A stretch of 63,679 bases of DNA, the filler included, from Choristocarpus tenellus KU-1152 (Eukaryota; Protista; Phaeophyceae): the NCBI GenBank assembly GCA_964200185.2. It is 12 parts of 12 records of this genome, joined end to end, with 100 filler letters (N's around TTAATTAATTAA, not from the genome) between each part and the next. Parts side by side here need not be neighbours in the genome. Positions count along the whole stretch, not along the records: positions 1 to 10,984 come from CAXNAD020002581.1; 11 more parts are not named here. One strand, written 5' to 3'. Below are positions 1 through 11,084 of the stretch, one piece after another. The notes beneath the pieces are model-generated. The model searched no databases. It saw nothing but the letters and a program-made list of their open reading frames with translations, and was not told the DNA's origin. Both the position numbers and the translations under genes were made by a program. The first letter of the stretch is position 1. Every line of letters begins with the position of its first letter.

Positions 1-531
1 ATCTTGAACTTTGGATGTGCTATACGTAATAACTCTGTAACTCCAAGTACATTGCTACGAACAACAACAGAGGGCAAATCGAAACGCCAAGAATTCTGTT
101 CAGATTTGCCTTGAAAATTGGTCAAAATGGTCTTGTCCACCCTCCGTTCTGTTTTGCCTCGTTCAGAAATGCCTCAAAATTGCCATATAATTGTCATTTG
201 TCACGATTTTCCATTTCGAAATGCCCCAAAAAGGGAAAAAGCAAAACAAAACGGAGGTGAAAACGTGCGTATAGGAGATGGATGGCCTGACACAGCATAT
301 ATATACTATCAATATGTGCGTAGTCATACAAGATTGGTGGTTCGAGACTTTACTATAGTTGTAATGTTCTGGTGTGCTTATCCTCAACAGGTTATCATAC
401 AACTGACTGTTGTCTTCTTACGTTTCCTGAGTACGTGTTGATGAACGTTACAGTTCAAAGTATATCTTGGAACAATGGAAAGGTGAATTCAAACTCAAAA
501 CGACCGCGCGGATCGCGCGGTGCTTAGATAG

Positions 532-3500
532 GTGAGCAATGGCACACAAGGGAGAAGGATGCCCGACTGCTAGAGAACGCAAATTATCATTTCTCCGTGG
601 ATGAGAATAGCGTAAGTATGAATGGAAGATCGCTAGAAGCTGTCCAGGAGGGGAACAAAAGCACCAACGCTGACGGTAGGAATGAATTCCAAGATCCACG
701 AAAGACGTTCCGCTCGTGCAGCATATCGTTGATGAGTTTACCAACCAACATCAATTCTCGCTCGTGGTAAGGTGTGGGGGGAGATCAGCCACCCCTTAAG
801 AGAATTCACACTGGAAGAACTTTCGATCTCCTAGAAACGTCCGACGAAACGTGGAATGCAGTTGTGAAGGGGCTGATCGAGGAACTAAAGGGCGATGGGC
901 ACATCCTTCATCGTGTGAACAAGAAAAAGGTACAGTATTGTCGAAATCTGACGGCCTGCTCATGTTGGATTTACCTATATTTGTCTAATTCTTGTATGCT
1001 TTCTTCTTCATGAGTGAGTACTTTTGTTGTTCACCCTTGAACTAGCTTCCTTGCACCTCCGGAGATGACCCAACTGAAACTTGATCGATCCTTCATTTGT
1101 TATGGTCAGTTATGGACCGAGAAGGATGCGGAAAGGAATGGAAAGGCAAACCGTTGGGGGAATGTGGAAATCCGTTGCAGAAGATCAGGAAAGCATAGAT
1201 GTAAGGAGAGGGTTGACGATCCATCGCAACAGAGGAATTCATCGTCAATCAAGGTGAGCGTGATACTGTCCTAATAGCAAACAATTCAGTGGATGTGACA
1301 GGAGAACTATAGTGGTTAATTCGCTGTACTGGAGGCAATTTTGGGATAGCATTTAGAGGCTCATTGCAGATGCTAGGCTTAATGCAAGTGTGTGTAGTTC
1401 AACGAAGGCATTGAGTCTTACGTATATGTGTCGAGATGCAAGGAGTGGCTGAAGGATGAGGGATACTATCAATCTTGGGCGAATACGCCACGTGACGCAA
1501 CAAATGTGGGTGTTTTTTCTAGAGTTTGGTTAAATGCCGAGGTACTGCATCACTTAACATCATAAGTGGTGTATCATGTATTGTCTCTAGAGTGTGACAA
1601 ATATATGGCAATGAGCAGGACATTTTATACATACTTGGATGGTTGCTGGGCTCAGCAGATTGGCTGATGGTGCTGTCTAAAAGGCGTCTATTTCAATCTC
1701 TTGTTTGTTAGTGCAGTTTATATTGTGGCCTTGCTTTATCCCTTTATATTCCCCCCATTCTCCCAGGTGGGAAATCTGTGACCTCGGTTGTCAACTAAAA
1801 TAGATAAGATTAGTCACATGTACACAAGCAAATGTTGAGATTTTTTGTGCAGTGTACTAAGGTTATCGTGACGTGGTTGATTCTTGGTAAATCGGCGAAA
1901 GATAATATGAAAAAACCTTTTGAAATGACCTTGGATAGTATCATGCTATATATTACTCCAAGTTAACTGTAAAACTGAAAACTGTAAAATGGAAGTTGGT
2001 GATAAAGCAGTGGCACCCTCGCGCCCAATTACAACCATCAGTAACTCCAAAGTGCTTTGATTTTTACATTTCTACTAATGTGAAATTGCTGACAACCTAT
2101 CTACATATCTTACAGTACTTCACAACACATCGTAAGATGTATGTATGAGATTTGGGTGATTTGAAACACAAACTGATACCTGATATGTGTTGTACTGATT
2201 TCTCCAGAATGGTCATCAATCACATCATAAAGTGGGCTCCACAAAAACTCTAGATATAGTATGAGTATTCTGTTACCTACATTTGCAATATTGAAGAGGG
2301 TCTCGTAAGATTTTTGGACTTTGAATTATGGGAGTCATTCAAGAGACTGAATGTCTACAGGATCTTGATGAGACATTGTAGATTTGGCCACGCATTGGGT
2401 CAAACGTTTGGGACAGATATTGGGTAAAGAGTTATGATGTGTAGCACCAGTCATGGTCCTACAGGCATTGACAAATGGAAGGATACAGCTGTATCAATAT
2501 TTATCTGTGGATGACCTGAAATTGACTAGTTTGGACTCCAACAATATTTCTTTAGGCTACAAACTGAGGAGGAAAGCTCTACACTGCCCAATATATAAAA
2601 TATCTACCTACTTTACCTTTTCACTTTAAACTATATATGTTGGGTAAAAAGGAACTCATCCTAATCTAGAAAGTTGAGGTTGTCCTGAGGTTCGCATGTT
2701 TTCTTGAAGTCATCTTCATCAATACCTTTCATTGGTTGTGTGACAGGTCAACTGCCCGTTCAAGATCAGAATCACATGGCCGCAGATAAGAGAAAGTCCG
2801 GCAGTAACACAGGTAATGTTTTGTTCCATCCATAACAGTCCTAGCAACTGCCTCAGTGTGAGTACTAGACCTTGGTCCATGAACTTCAAGAAATTTTTCA
2901 TCATTGGTATGTTTATCTAAGTTTTTCTGCTCAATTGAGAACTCTGGATCCTGAAGAAAAGTTCACACATATCAGAGATAGAAGGCCCCAAATATGTTTT
3001 GTGTTTGACCCCAAATCCCTGCATTTCCAGTTGTTTTGGCGTGCCTCCACATGATTTGATGTTTGACTTGAAGCAGTTAAACAGTCTAGTTTTCCTACAA
3101 GAACAAGAGTCAATTGTAATTGAAGTGAACCCAAGATAACAGAACAAAATATGTGCTGAAACTGCAACAACTTCATTTGCGAAGTCAAATACTATGCTTG
3201 GGCAACAAGTCAATACCAAGGAAAGATATGTAGTGCGGTCCATATACCTCTTGACTCCGTGACTCTACAAATGGAGAGGTGAAAGGGATGTCCCATGGCT
3301 ACACGTTATTGTGTACACAAAACAGCTCAAGTCTCCACTTTCAAGCGCCAAGCGTTCAACACTTTTCACCCCCAACATTCAAAACTCAGTCAGCCCATGA
3401 CTTCGTAGTAATTAGAAAATGGTAACTCTTGAAGTACCCCCAAGTCTCAGTCCATGCAAGTTAAAAATTCTTTAGATTCAAACTGACCCCATACTCTGCA

Positions 3501-6500
3501 AGGCGCCAATTCAGAAGATCCCAGGAACTTCTTACATATTTTCATCCACTGACATTTTACAGATGTCCCACCAAACCCTAAACCTGACCCTAAATAAATT
3601 GTATAACATCAAACAATATTGCACTGCCAGAACCTACATTCTATGAAGATACAGTTATTACCATATCCTCAGGTCCTGGCTATTTTTTTTATGATTTTCA
3701 TATTGAAAGAACTATTTATTTCTAACGTATTTAAAAAATGTAACAGGAAGCCATGGAACAACCAATTTCACCCCTCATGTATATGTAACCATGGTACGAT
3801 GATTCCATAATGAAGTTCCTGAACAAGATCCGCTTCCCTATGCAGAAGTATCTAAATTATACAAAGATAGCCTAAATAATATGCCCAATTCTGAAATGCT
3901 GTTTCGAATGAATATGTAGGGTTATGCTGCCCTTTGATCTTTGCTCAAATACCTGTTTTACTCACTGTAAGTACTTTCAACTTTGCACCCACATTTCCAT
4001 CCACTTTAGAGTGATACTTTATTTTTGATTCTGCGCATACAGGAATTGTGGGTGATCTGAGGGTGTTGTAATACCTAGCCTTCCTCTAACATATGTTTTT
4101 TTTATCATGCCTGTTCTCTCAGCCCTTGTAATCACTAAAATCATTTCCCACTTGAGTTTTCAGGTGAAACTAGAACATAACCATGAGCCTCCTGTCAGTC
4201 ATGATGAAGATTGCTTGAGCTTGGAGAGCCTGGAAGCTCGAGCAAATGAAATCCGAGTATGGACAGCACAAGTGCTACCATTATCAGAAATGTTTATCAA
4301 GCTGGAGAGGGACAGCAAGAAGCTTGGGAAGAATGGCAAGAATAAGGTGTGTCAAAAAGCGCAGCACATTCTTTTTGAGGACATTAAAACAATAGCAGTA
4401 GATTGCAAAGAGTTTATCAGGGATACATCTATCAATAGGTTGTAATGTGTGATACCATTGGGGCATGGTCTGTGGAATGTAGTAACGCCCTAGTAAATGT
4501 GTGTTTCCTGGAAGGTGCGGAACATGGTGAACAAGTTTAGAGGGGAGCTATTCTCCTATGCCAAAGACACAAAATATTTCATTCAAACACTGGAGAAGCT
4601 GCCGAATTTGACACTGGAATATACAAAGGATGAGGAAAACCAGCTACAATCAGCCTTCTGGGCTACTCCTGAGCAGAAAGACTTGGCTTTTCGATGTGGT
4701 TCTGTTGTTATGCAGGAGACTCTTCTCACCTCTAATAGGTGGGTTCAGTATAGCACTTCTGCTGACATGTTAATGTTGCAAATGCCAGGTATGTCACCTT
4801 GGTTGGTGTGTGACAAACTTAAGAGGTAGCGTTCAGAGTTGTACTTAGAGATTAAAGTATTTTGAAGTATTTGTATGTGGTATTGGTGATCAATGTCTAA
4901 TCTCTTGATGCCTAACCACCCCTGTACGGTTTTTATTGCCAACTCCCACCCGTCTGATGGCAGGTATGAACTTCCACTGTGCTTGTTCTTGGGCCTGGAT
5001 GAAGAGAACCAGTTACACATACTGTGTCAAGCTCTTCTCCAAGATAAGAGCACAACTTCCTACATGTTTGCGATATCTAACCTGGTAAAAGTATGTGGAG
5101 GCCGACAACCTCAGGTACTACTAATATCAGTTGTCATACAACCTTTGTCAGCCTTATTGCTGATATGGCAAGGACTGGACACCTGTGATTTTTTTTGAGG
5201 GTAGGAAATAATTCCCTAGTTTTGAGCGTCTTGAGGGTAAGATTCTGTGGCACTGGTCCATTTTCTGAATCCCGGGTAGTATTGTACCCTTGTCACACTG
5301 TCATGGAGGGAGACTGCACACCTTGTATGCACATCACTGAGCAAGAAACTCACTATTTATTTGTTCTGACAGCTCTTCCTGTCAGATATTCTGGGTGTGG
5401 ATATGTCCAAGATTCTCTTGACAGCATAGCTTGATCAAAGCATATTGGAATGTTCCAACGAAAATTCCATTATGTCCCGTTGTGAAACATGTTTCGATTA
5501 TGCAGGTGATGTTCACTGTCATGAATGAGGAAGTGTCAGATGCTATGTTGAAGGTGTGCCCTGAAGCACGGCAGATGTACTGCCTACAGCATGCTGAAAG
5601 GAGAATCAGAGAGGAGTGCAGTTGTAGTATGATGACAACTGCTTTTGATGATATGATGCAGCTCTTCAGAGCTTCAGCTTTCGCAGCAACTGAAAAGGTG
5701 TGTTTTCATGTTTGGACGTCATCTGACACTATGGGAGGTCAGTTGTTGGTCAGTTCATTGTTAACACGAAGTTTTCAATTTTGATTGCCTACAGAACCAA
5801 ATATTAACATTTTTGTGATCATTTCTTCCATTGCTCTTCGCAACCAGGGTTTTTCACGGAACTGGGAAGCATTGCTTAGGTTTTTGCAGGACACAGATGC
5901 CAAGGAATACATGGCTGATGTCATATTTGAGTAAGTTACTGTGTAAGAGGCTGTGGAGTTGTAGCTAGGGGCCAACCAAGTCCCTGTCATTAACTATCCA
6001 ACGTGAGATGAGAATTGAGGAGGATATTCCTCTTGAAGAAACCTGTAAAGTGTTCCAGTGTACCAAGACAAGACCCTGCAAGATCTACATGCCAGTCTTT
6101 AAATATGTAACAACGTTATGGAGGTGATCATCAATCCGTCACCTTTAGTTGCCAACCTTTAACAGTTGCATTCAATATGAGCTGAAGTGCATGGGCATTC
6201 CTTGCACGTTTTCCATTCAAGGCCCCAATTGGTAGTGCTGTTGCCGATCAAAATGATGAATTTAGAGATGTCCTGACAGGACTCGATAACCTACTTTTTG
6301 CCACTGTTTTGTGTAGGAAGCGAAAAAGGTGGGCGTTTTGCTACCGTCCAGAAGTTCTTACCCTAGGTATGGCAGCCACGCAGCGCTTGCAGCAAGTCTT
6401 TTCAGTGATATCAGGCCACCTGGATAAGACTTGTTCCTTAAAGCAATTACTTGAGGCACTTGCGAGCATTTCTGCAGATACAGAGTTTTCTTTACCAAGG

Positions 6501-7954
6501 TGATGACAAAAGTAGTACCTGGAGGTTGATGTGTTCAAAGCGAACATGGAAGGAGGTTGATGTGGAGTTTTCACGTTTGGAGGTGATCTCCTGCAAGTGT
6601 CACAATGCTGTTGTGTAACCCCTGGTGATGATCTACATATCTAAGTTATGGTCAGGTTTACAGTATGTTGAACAGCACTTTGAAGCAAGAGAAGTAGTGA
6701 TAGTGAAGAGCATTGGGTGAGTATTGTGTTGACCAAGTAGGTGAACATGTAGTAACTGTGTTCTTCCGCATTACTTCCACCTCTCTCACAATCTACTTGT
6801 GATGTAACTTAAAGGGCAATGCGTCGGCAAGCTTTGGAGAGAGAGCATCTTCTTCAGCACAATCCAGATCTGCGCTTTAAGTACGTTTTTGATGTTCTCA
6901 AGAATGTGGGGGCGAGTCAATACTGTACCAATGTGAGGCCTGGTATCTATATGTGATACACATTTTTTTTGCAATGTGCATCCTTCTGCTACCCTGCTAA
7001 CGCCTCTGTCTTTAAGCAACTTGTTTTCTTCAGTTATTGTCAAGAGTGTCATTTGAACAACATGCATGACGCAGCGGGTGTAGAAACATTTGAGCTTTAA
7101 TGTGTCACCTTGTGCTTGATTTTCAAATAGGTTGAATAGCTCCTGGAAGAGATCGGCATGTCATGGCTGATAATATGGATCATCTAACCTCTTCACTGCT
7201 TCAATTTTATTGCTTTGAAAAATAACAGGAGGTGAGATCAGAAATTTTGGCATCTGGTGCATACAAAGCTGTGACAATGAAAAGGATTGGTGGGCAGGAA
7301 ATAGTTGGAGGGGGAGGTGGACTGAACAAGCTTGATGAACCTGGTCAGATCAGGCTGTCGGAAGCTCCAGATGGACTAGAGCTTGATGAGTTGGATATGC
7401 CTCAGGGTCAGATAGCTGTTGACAATAGCAGATACACCCGCACATCCCTCAAAAATTTCACAGACCTAATTTGGCACTCTAAAATATCGGAGGTTGTACG
7501 GGTATCGCATAAAGTCACCCAGAGTGGACAGAGTCATATCATTGCTCTTGGGTCAGATGGAATTTTGCGGGCATCACCCACTGAGGCGCAGAGTGGTGAG
7601 GGCCATATTGTTGTACTTGGTGATAATGGATTTCACCTGTGCTCCTGCCTTCAGCTTGTGCGAATTGGCATGCCATGTAGGCATTTCTTTGCTGCTGTAC
7701 CCATGTTGTCAAAGGGATCAGAAGTAGAGTTTAATGGATTATGCATACATCCCCAGTGGCGGCAGTCTTCTGGCTCATGGACTGCTGCATTTATGAGTGT
7801 TTACGGTTGTCATACGCCTGTTGGTGATATGATACCAGCATGCAACACTGCAGTATTGGGAAAGAAAAGAGCGGGTGTTGCAGTTGGGGAGGGCAATGGC
7901 TCTGCATCAGGCAAGGGTATTGAGGGGAAGCGTGCTCGGGCTGTTCGTGTATGA
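532..7954 (+). CDS. FAR1/FHY3-like, Mutator (MULE) transposase-derived protein with N-terminal WRKY-like FAR1 DNA-binding domain, degenerate MULE domain and SWIM zinc finger; multi-exon
   Basis: Approximate GT-AG exons: 532-676, 772-929, 1110-1253, 2747-2812, 4164-4346, 4515-4738, 4963-5113, 5506-5697, 5848-5930, 6317-6499, 6815-6880, 7229-7954. These splice to EIRCRRSG..RNSSSIK|VNCPFKIRITWP..|VKLEHNH (FAR1 DBD), TSNR|YELPLCLFLGLDEENQLHILCQALLQD (MULE), YCLQH (CxxH), RKRWAFCY..LGMAATQR, and CSCLQLVRIGMPCRH (SWIM). The start codon and the exons between 6500 and 7230 are unresolved. Confidence 0.85.
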
Positions 7955-9099
7955 TACCTTGGGACACATTGCAGCATGGAAGGTACAATGCCTGTGAGGT
8001 GCAAGTGTTAAGTTTTCTTGTGTCTTGCTAACCACTCAAAAAAATTGTCCACCTCTTTTACAGTAAAATGTAGAAGTCTCTTCCTCGTAGAACCTTGGTG
8101 CATACTCTCCACATCTTTCATGGAAGCTCCCTTGAAAGTGTATTTATTTGTATTTTTCTCAAACTAGGTGACAACCAAGATAAAGTGTGACAAAGGTGGG
8201 TACATTTGTAGTGTTGAGTGTACAATCCCTAGATATTGAGGCTGTATGTTCAAGACACCGATGGCAAGAGTTTGGCCAAGTCAAGATTTACTCCATCCTT
8301 CATTCGCACTATTACATACCCCTGTAAACTCAATTGAGATACTTTTCCCATGATAGTTATAGCACTCCAATGGGTGACATGATTGAGCAAGGAGAGGTGC
8401 TTCTATTGACGTCAGCCCTTTTGTGAACATTTTTTGCTCAAGTAGTATATTGTACATTCTCAAGATAACCATTAGATTGTTGAAAAATATGTACCTCACT
8501 CCAGATTGCTCATGCTGGTTCCTCGTGTATTTACTTGGAGAATGAACATATTGAACCTGAAACTCAAACACCTTGATGAGCTTAAAATACTGTTAAGGGT
8601 TCCCTCCCACTCTAATTTAGTAATGCCCTGCCCCCCACAGGGGAATGACCCATGATATAAACCCTTTAGATGAGACTTAGTTCTCATATAGATCAAGAGG
8701 TTTGCAAAGTTGACAAAGTTGCATTTCATGGGGTTAAAAAAATCTCGTAAAACTTTAAAAGCAGGTATATTATTAATGGAATGCCTAGGATGAAGACCCC
8801 CCGTCGTTTGAGCAGCTGGCTCATCCCGTTGTCACCCATCGGTCCCAAATCTTCAGCCCAGAAGTCTATCTGGAGTCCAGACTCAAACACCCCGACAAAG
8901 AATAATCAAGATGGCGCGATGCCTGGGGGCAAGAGGGCAGAAGACTTGGATGCCTTGGGGGACAGTAGTACCCATCATGGGGTACTTCAGAATTTCCTGA
9001 ATCGCTGTTTTGTGTCATCTGAAGGAGTACAACAGCCAGATTGCACGAGGTGAATGCATGGACCTGTTCAACATTGCAAGGGGCAATATGGTCACTATA

Positions 9100-9353
9100 G
9101 ACCCAAAGTATATAAGAAAGTAGGAGTTTTGCCCTGTTTGTCTGTTCGAGACTTTGCTTTCCATGGTTTTTTATGCCCTTTTTCAGTTTCTGTGTGAACA
9201 GTTACCTCAAATGTATACAACTGTGAAAAGTGTGTCCAGAGCAAGGATATTGACACTTGTTAACTAGCACAATAGTCAAAATTCATCAAGTTCACAACAT
9301 TGGATCTGTGGCCCCGAATGGATGCAGCCCTACCCTCTTAAATGCTTTGATTC
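9100..9353 (+). repeat. About 245-bp MITE-like unit, copy 1 (left arm of inverted pair)
   Basis: Reverse-complement match to 10687-10914, including a perfect 28-bp stretch AGAAAGTAGGAGTTTTGCCCTGTTTGTC. Related to 45975-46216 and 50036-50280. Confidence 0.9.
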
Positions 9354-9359
9354 ATACAA

Positions 9360-10330
9360 GTATCCTCAACGTTTGGGATGTACCATTGGTACACAGCACA
9401 TCCTTCTGCAGACGGGTGGCCAGATCTTGGTTCTCCCTTGCCTCGTTGTGGGATCTGTGCAAGCGTGAGAAGGTGAAGAAGATCGTGTAGTGGATTAAGT
9501 CAGTCTTCTCAGACCACCAGAAAATTGATAGTGTGGGTTTCACCATCAGTCACATGCACAAGAAAGGGGGAAGTGGGGTACTAGTGGATGGTCATTATGA
9601 CTGGGTGCATGTAGATAAAAGTGGTTTTACATCATCAAAGATGGGCAATGTGTGTATCTGCATCCCACTGAGGACCCCAAACCCCCATGGGCATAGAATA
9701 AGCATAACATTCCTTGCAACCATGGTCTGCCCTAGGAAGCTCTCCAACAAGGTGTGTTTCGATGGGGAAAATTGGGATCTGGCCAATCGTGAACACTAAG
9801 GTCACTCAGCACCCCAGCAAACACACTCCAAACTCCAAGGGCACTAAGGTGCTTGTGCTGGCCTTGGTGGACGGGGACAGGTATAAGAAGCTCACGATCG
9901 AGGATGTCATCCCAGCAATCAAGGCCCACATGTCAATGCTGGAAGGACACACCATCTTCGTGCAGCAGGACAGGGCAAAGCCATTGGCCAAGGGGGAGAT
10001 CATGGAGGCGATTGAGGAGGCAGTAGATGGCATTGACATAGAGACTCAGTCAATTCTCCTTGCCTCAATGTCAACAATCTGGGATTCTTTTATTCCATCC
10101 AGCAACTGAAGAAAGACGTAGGGATGACCAACACAGAGGAGTTGGTGGAGGCCACAATGGAGGCATTCAATGTGTACCCTTGAGAGACATTAGAACATGT
10201 CTGGCTGAGCCTCTTCGCAGTTCTGTGGTTCAAGGTTGACAATGTCTTCTTGATTCCCCATCTTAGCAGGAAAAGGCTGAGAAGGTGGGCAAACTTCCCC
10301 TGAATGCCCTAGTGGATGTGATGAAATACC
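9360..10330 (+). pseudogene. Degenerate, apparently 5'-truncated mariner-like (DD39D, plant/oomycete type) transposase
   Basis: Across frameshifts and stops it reads YDWVHVD[E]KWFYIIKDG, FLATMVCPR..FDGKIGIWPIV, VIPAIK..IFVQQDRAKPL, Q..NSPCLNVNNLGFFYSIQQL. These are the hallmark blocks of DD39D transposases. Confidence 0.9.
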
Positions 10331-10686
10331 ATGCTGGAATGGAGTTTTTGATACTTTGGGGGCAGAATCATAGGTGTAGACTGCCCCATTTTGCTTGAGT
10401 TTTGGTGGGCAACCTTTATTCTACCAGTGATCTCTGATACACTTCAAGGATTTTATTTCGAACACCCTTCCCAGCTATTGAATTCACTGAAGAAAGAAAT
10501 CCAGTGAGAAACAAACTTCTATACATAGACCTCTTAAGCTTTCCTGCACCCCTCCATATCTCCAAAAAGGTTCCTCTACTAGAGGCTTGGTCAGCACATT
10601 TTCATGCTGCTCGTCAGAATTTACATAAATCTGTATCTGATAAATTATTACCAAGTCTCACAAAACGTGGTGCCATATGTCTGTGT

Positions 10687-10914
10687 GAGCCAAAGCATTT
10701 AAGAGGGTAGGGCCGCATCCGTTTGGGGTCACAAATCCAATGTTGCAATTTTGATGAATTTTGACTATCATGTTAGTTAGCAAGTGTAAATATCCTTGTG
10801 TCAGAAACACCTTTCATAGTTGAATACATACGAGGTAACTGTGTTCACACAGAAAATCGAAAAAGGGAATGGACAAACAGGGCAAAACTCCTACTTTCTT
10901 AAGTGCTTTGGGTC
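10687..10914 (-). repeat. About 245-bp MITE-like unit, copy 2 (right arm of inverted pair)
   Basis: Inverted copy of 9100-9353 with a short internal deletion. Confidence 0.9.
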
Positions 10915-10984
10915 TCTACTTGGTCCTGCCAGAACTCAGGGGGGTATTAGCCAAATAAACAGCCCCCGTGTTGTCCTCATACAC

Positions 10985-11084
10985 NNNNNNNNNNNNNNNN
11001 NNNNNNNNNNNNNNNNNNNNNNNNNNNNTTAATTAATTAANNNNNNNNNNNNNNNNNNNNNNNNNNNNNNNNNNNNNNNNNNNN
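10985..11084. other. Artificial contig linker (first of 11)
   Basis: 44 N + TTAATTAATTAA (stop in all six frames) + 44 N. The others are at 16642-16741, 20479-20578, 26272-26371, 30338-30437, 35745-35844, 38604-38703, 45114-45213, 47947-48046, 57303-57402 and 60755-60854. A separate 10-N scaffold gap lies at 28406-28415. Confidence 0.99.

Noticed and set aside
10330-10686. Possible Fanzor/TnpB cargo next to the mariner transposase
   Set aside because: No RuvC or zinc-finger motifs are recognisable here or elsewhere in the window, and the space is too small.
9113-10901. Simple mariner with 28-bp TIRs and TA TSD (9115-10899)
   Set aside because: The inverted similarity extends outward to about 9100/10914 and inward for more than 200 bp, so these TA dinucleotides are internal to the arms and are not the TSD.
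11029-11040. Recurrent TTAATTAATTAA motif flanked by N runs, and apparent gene neighbourhoods across them
   Set aside because: Synthetic six-frame-stop contig linker. Adjacency across linkers has no biological meaning.
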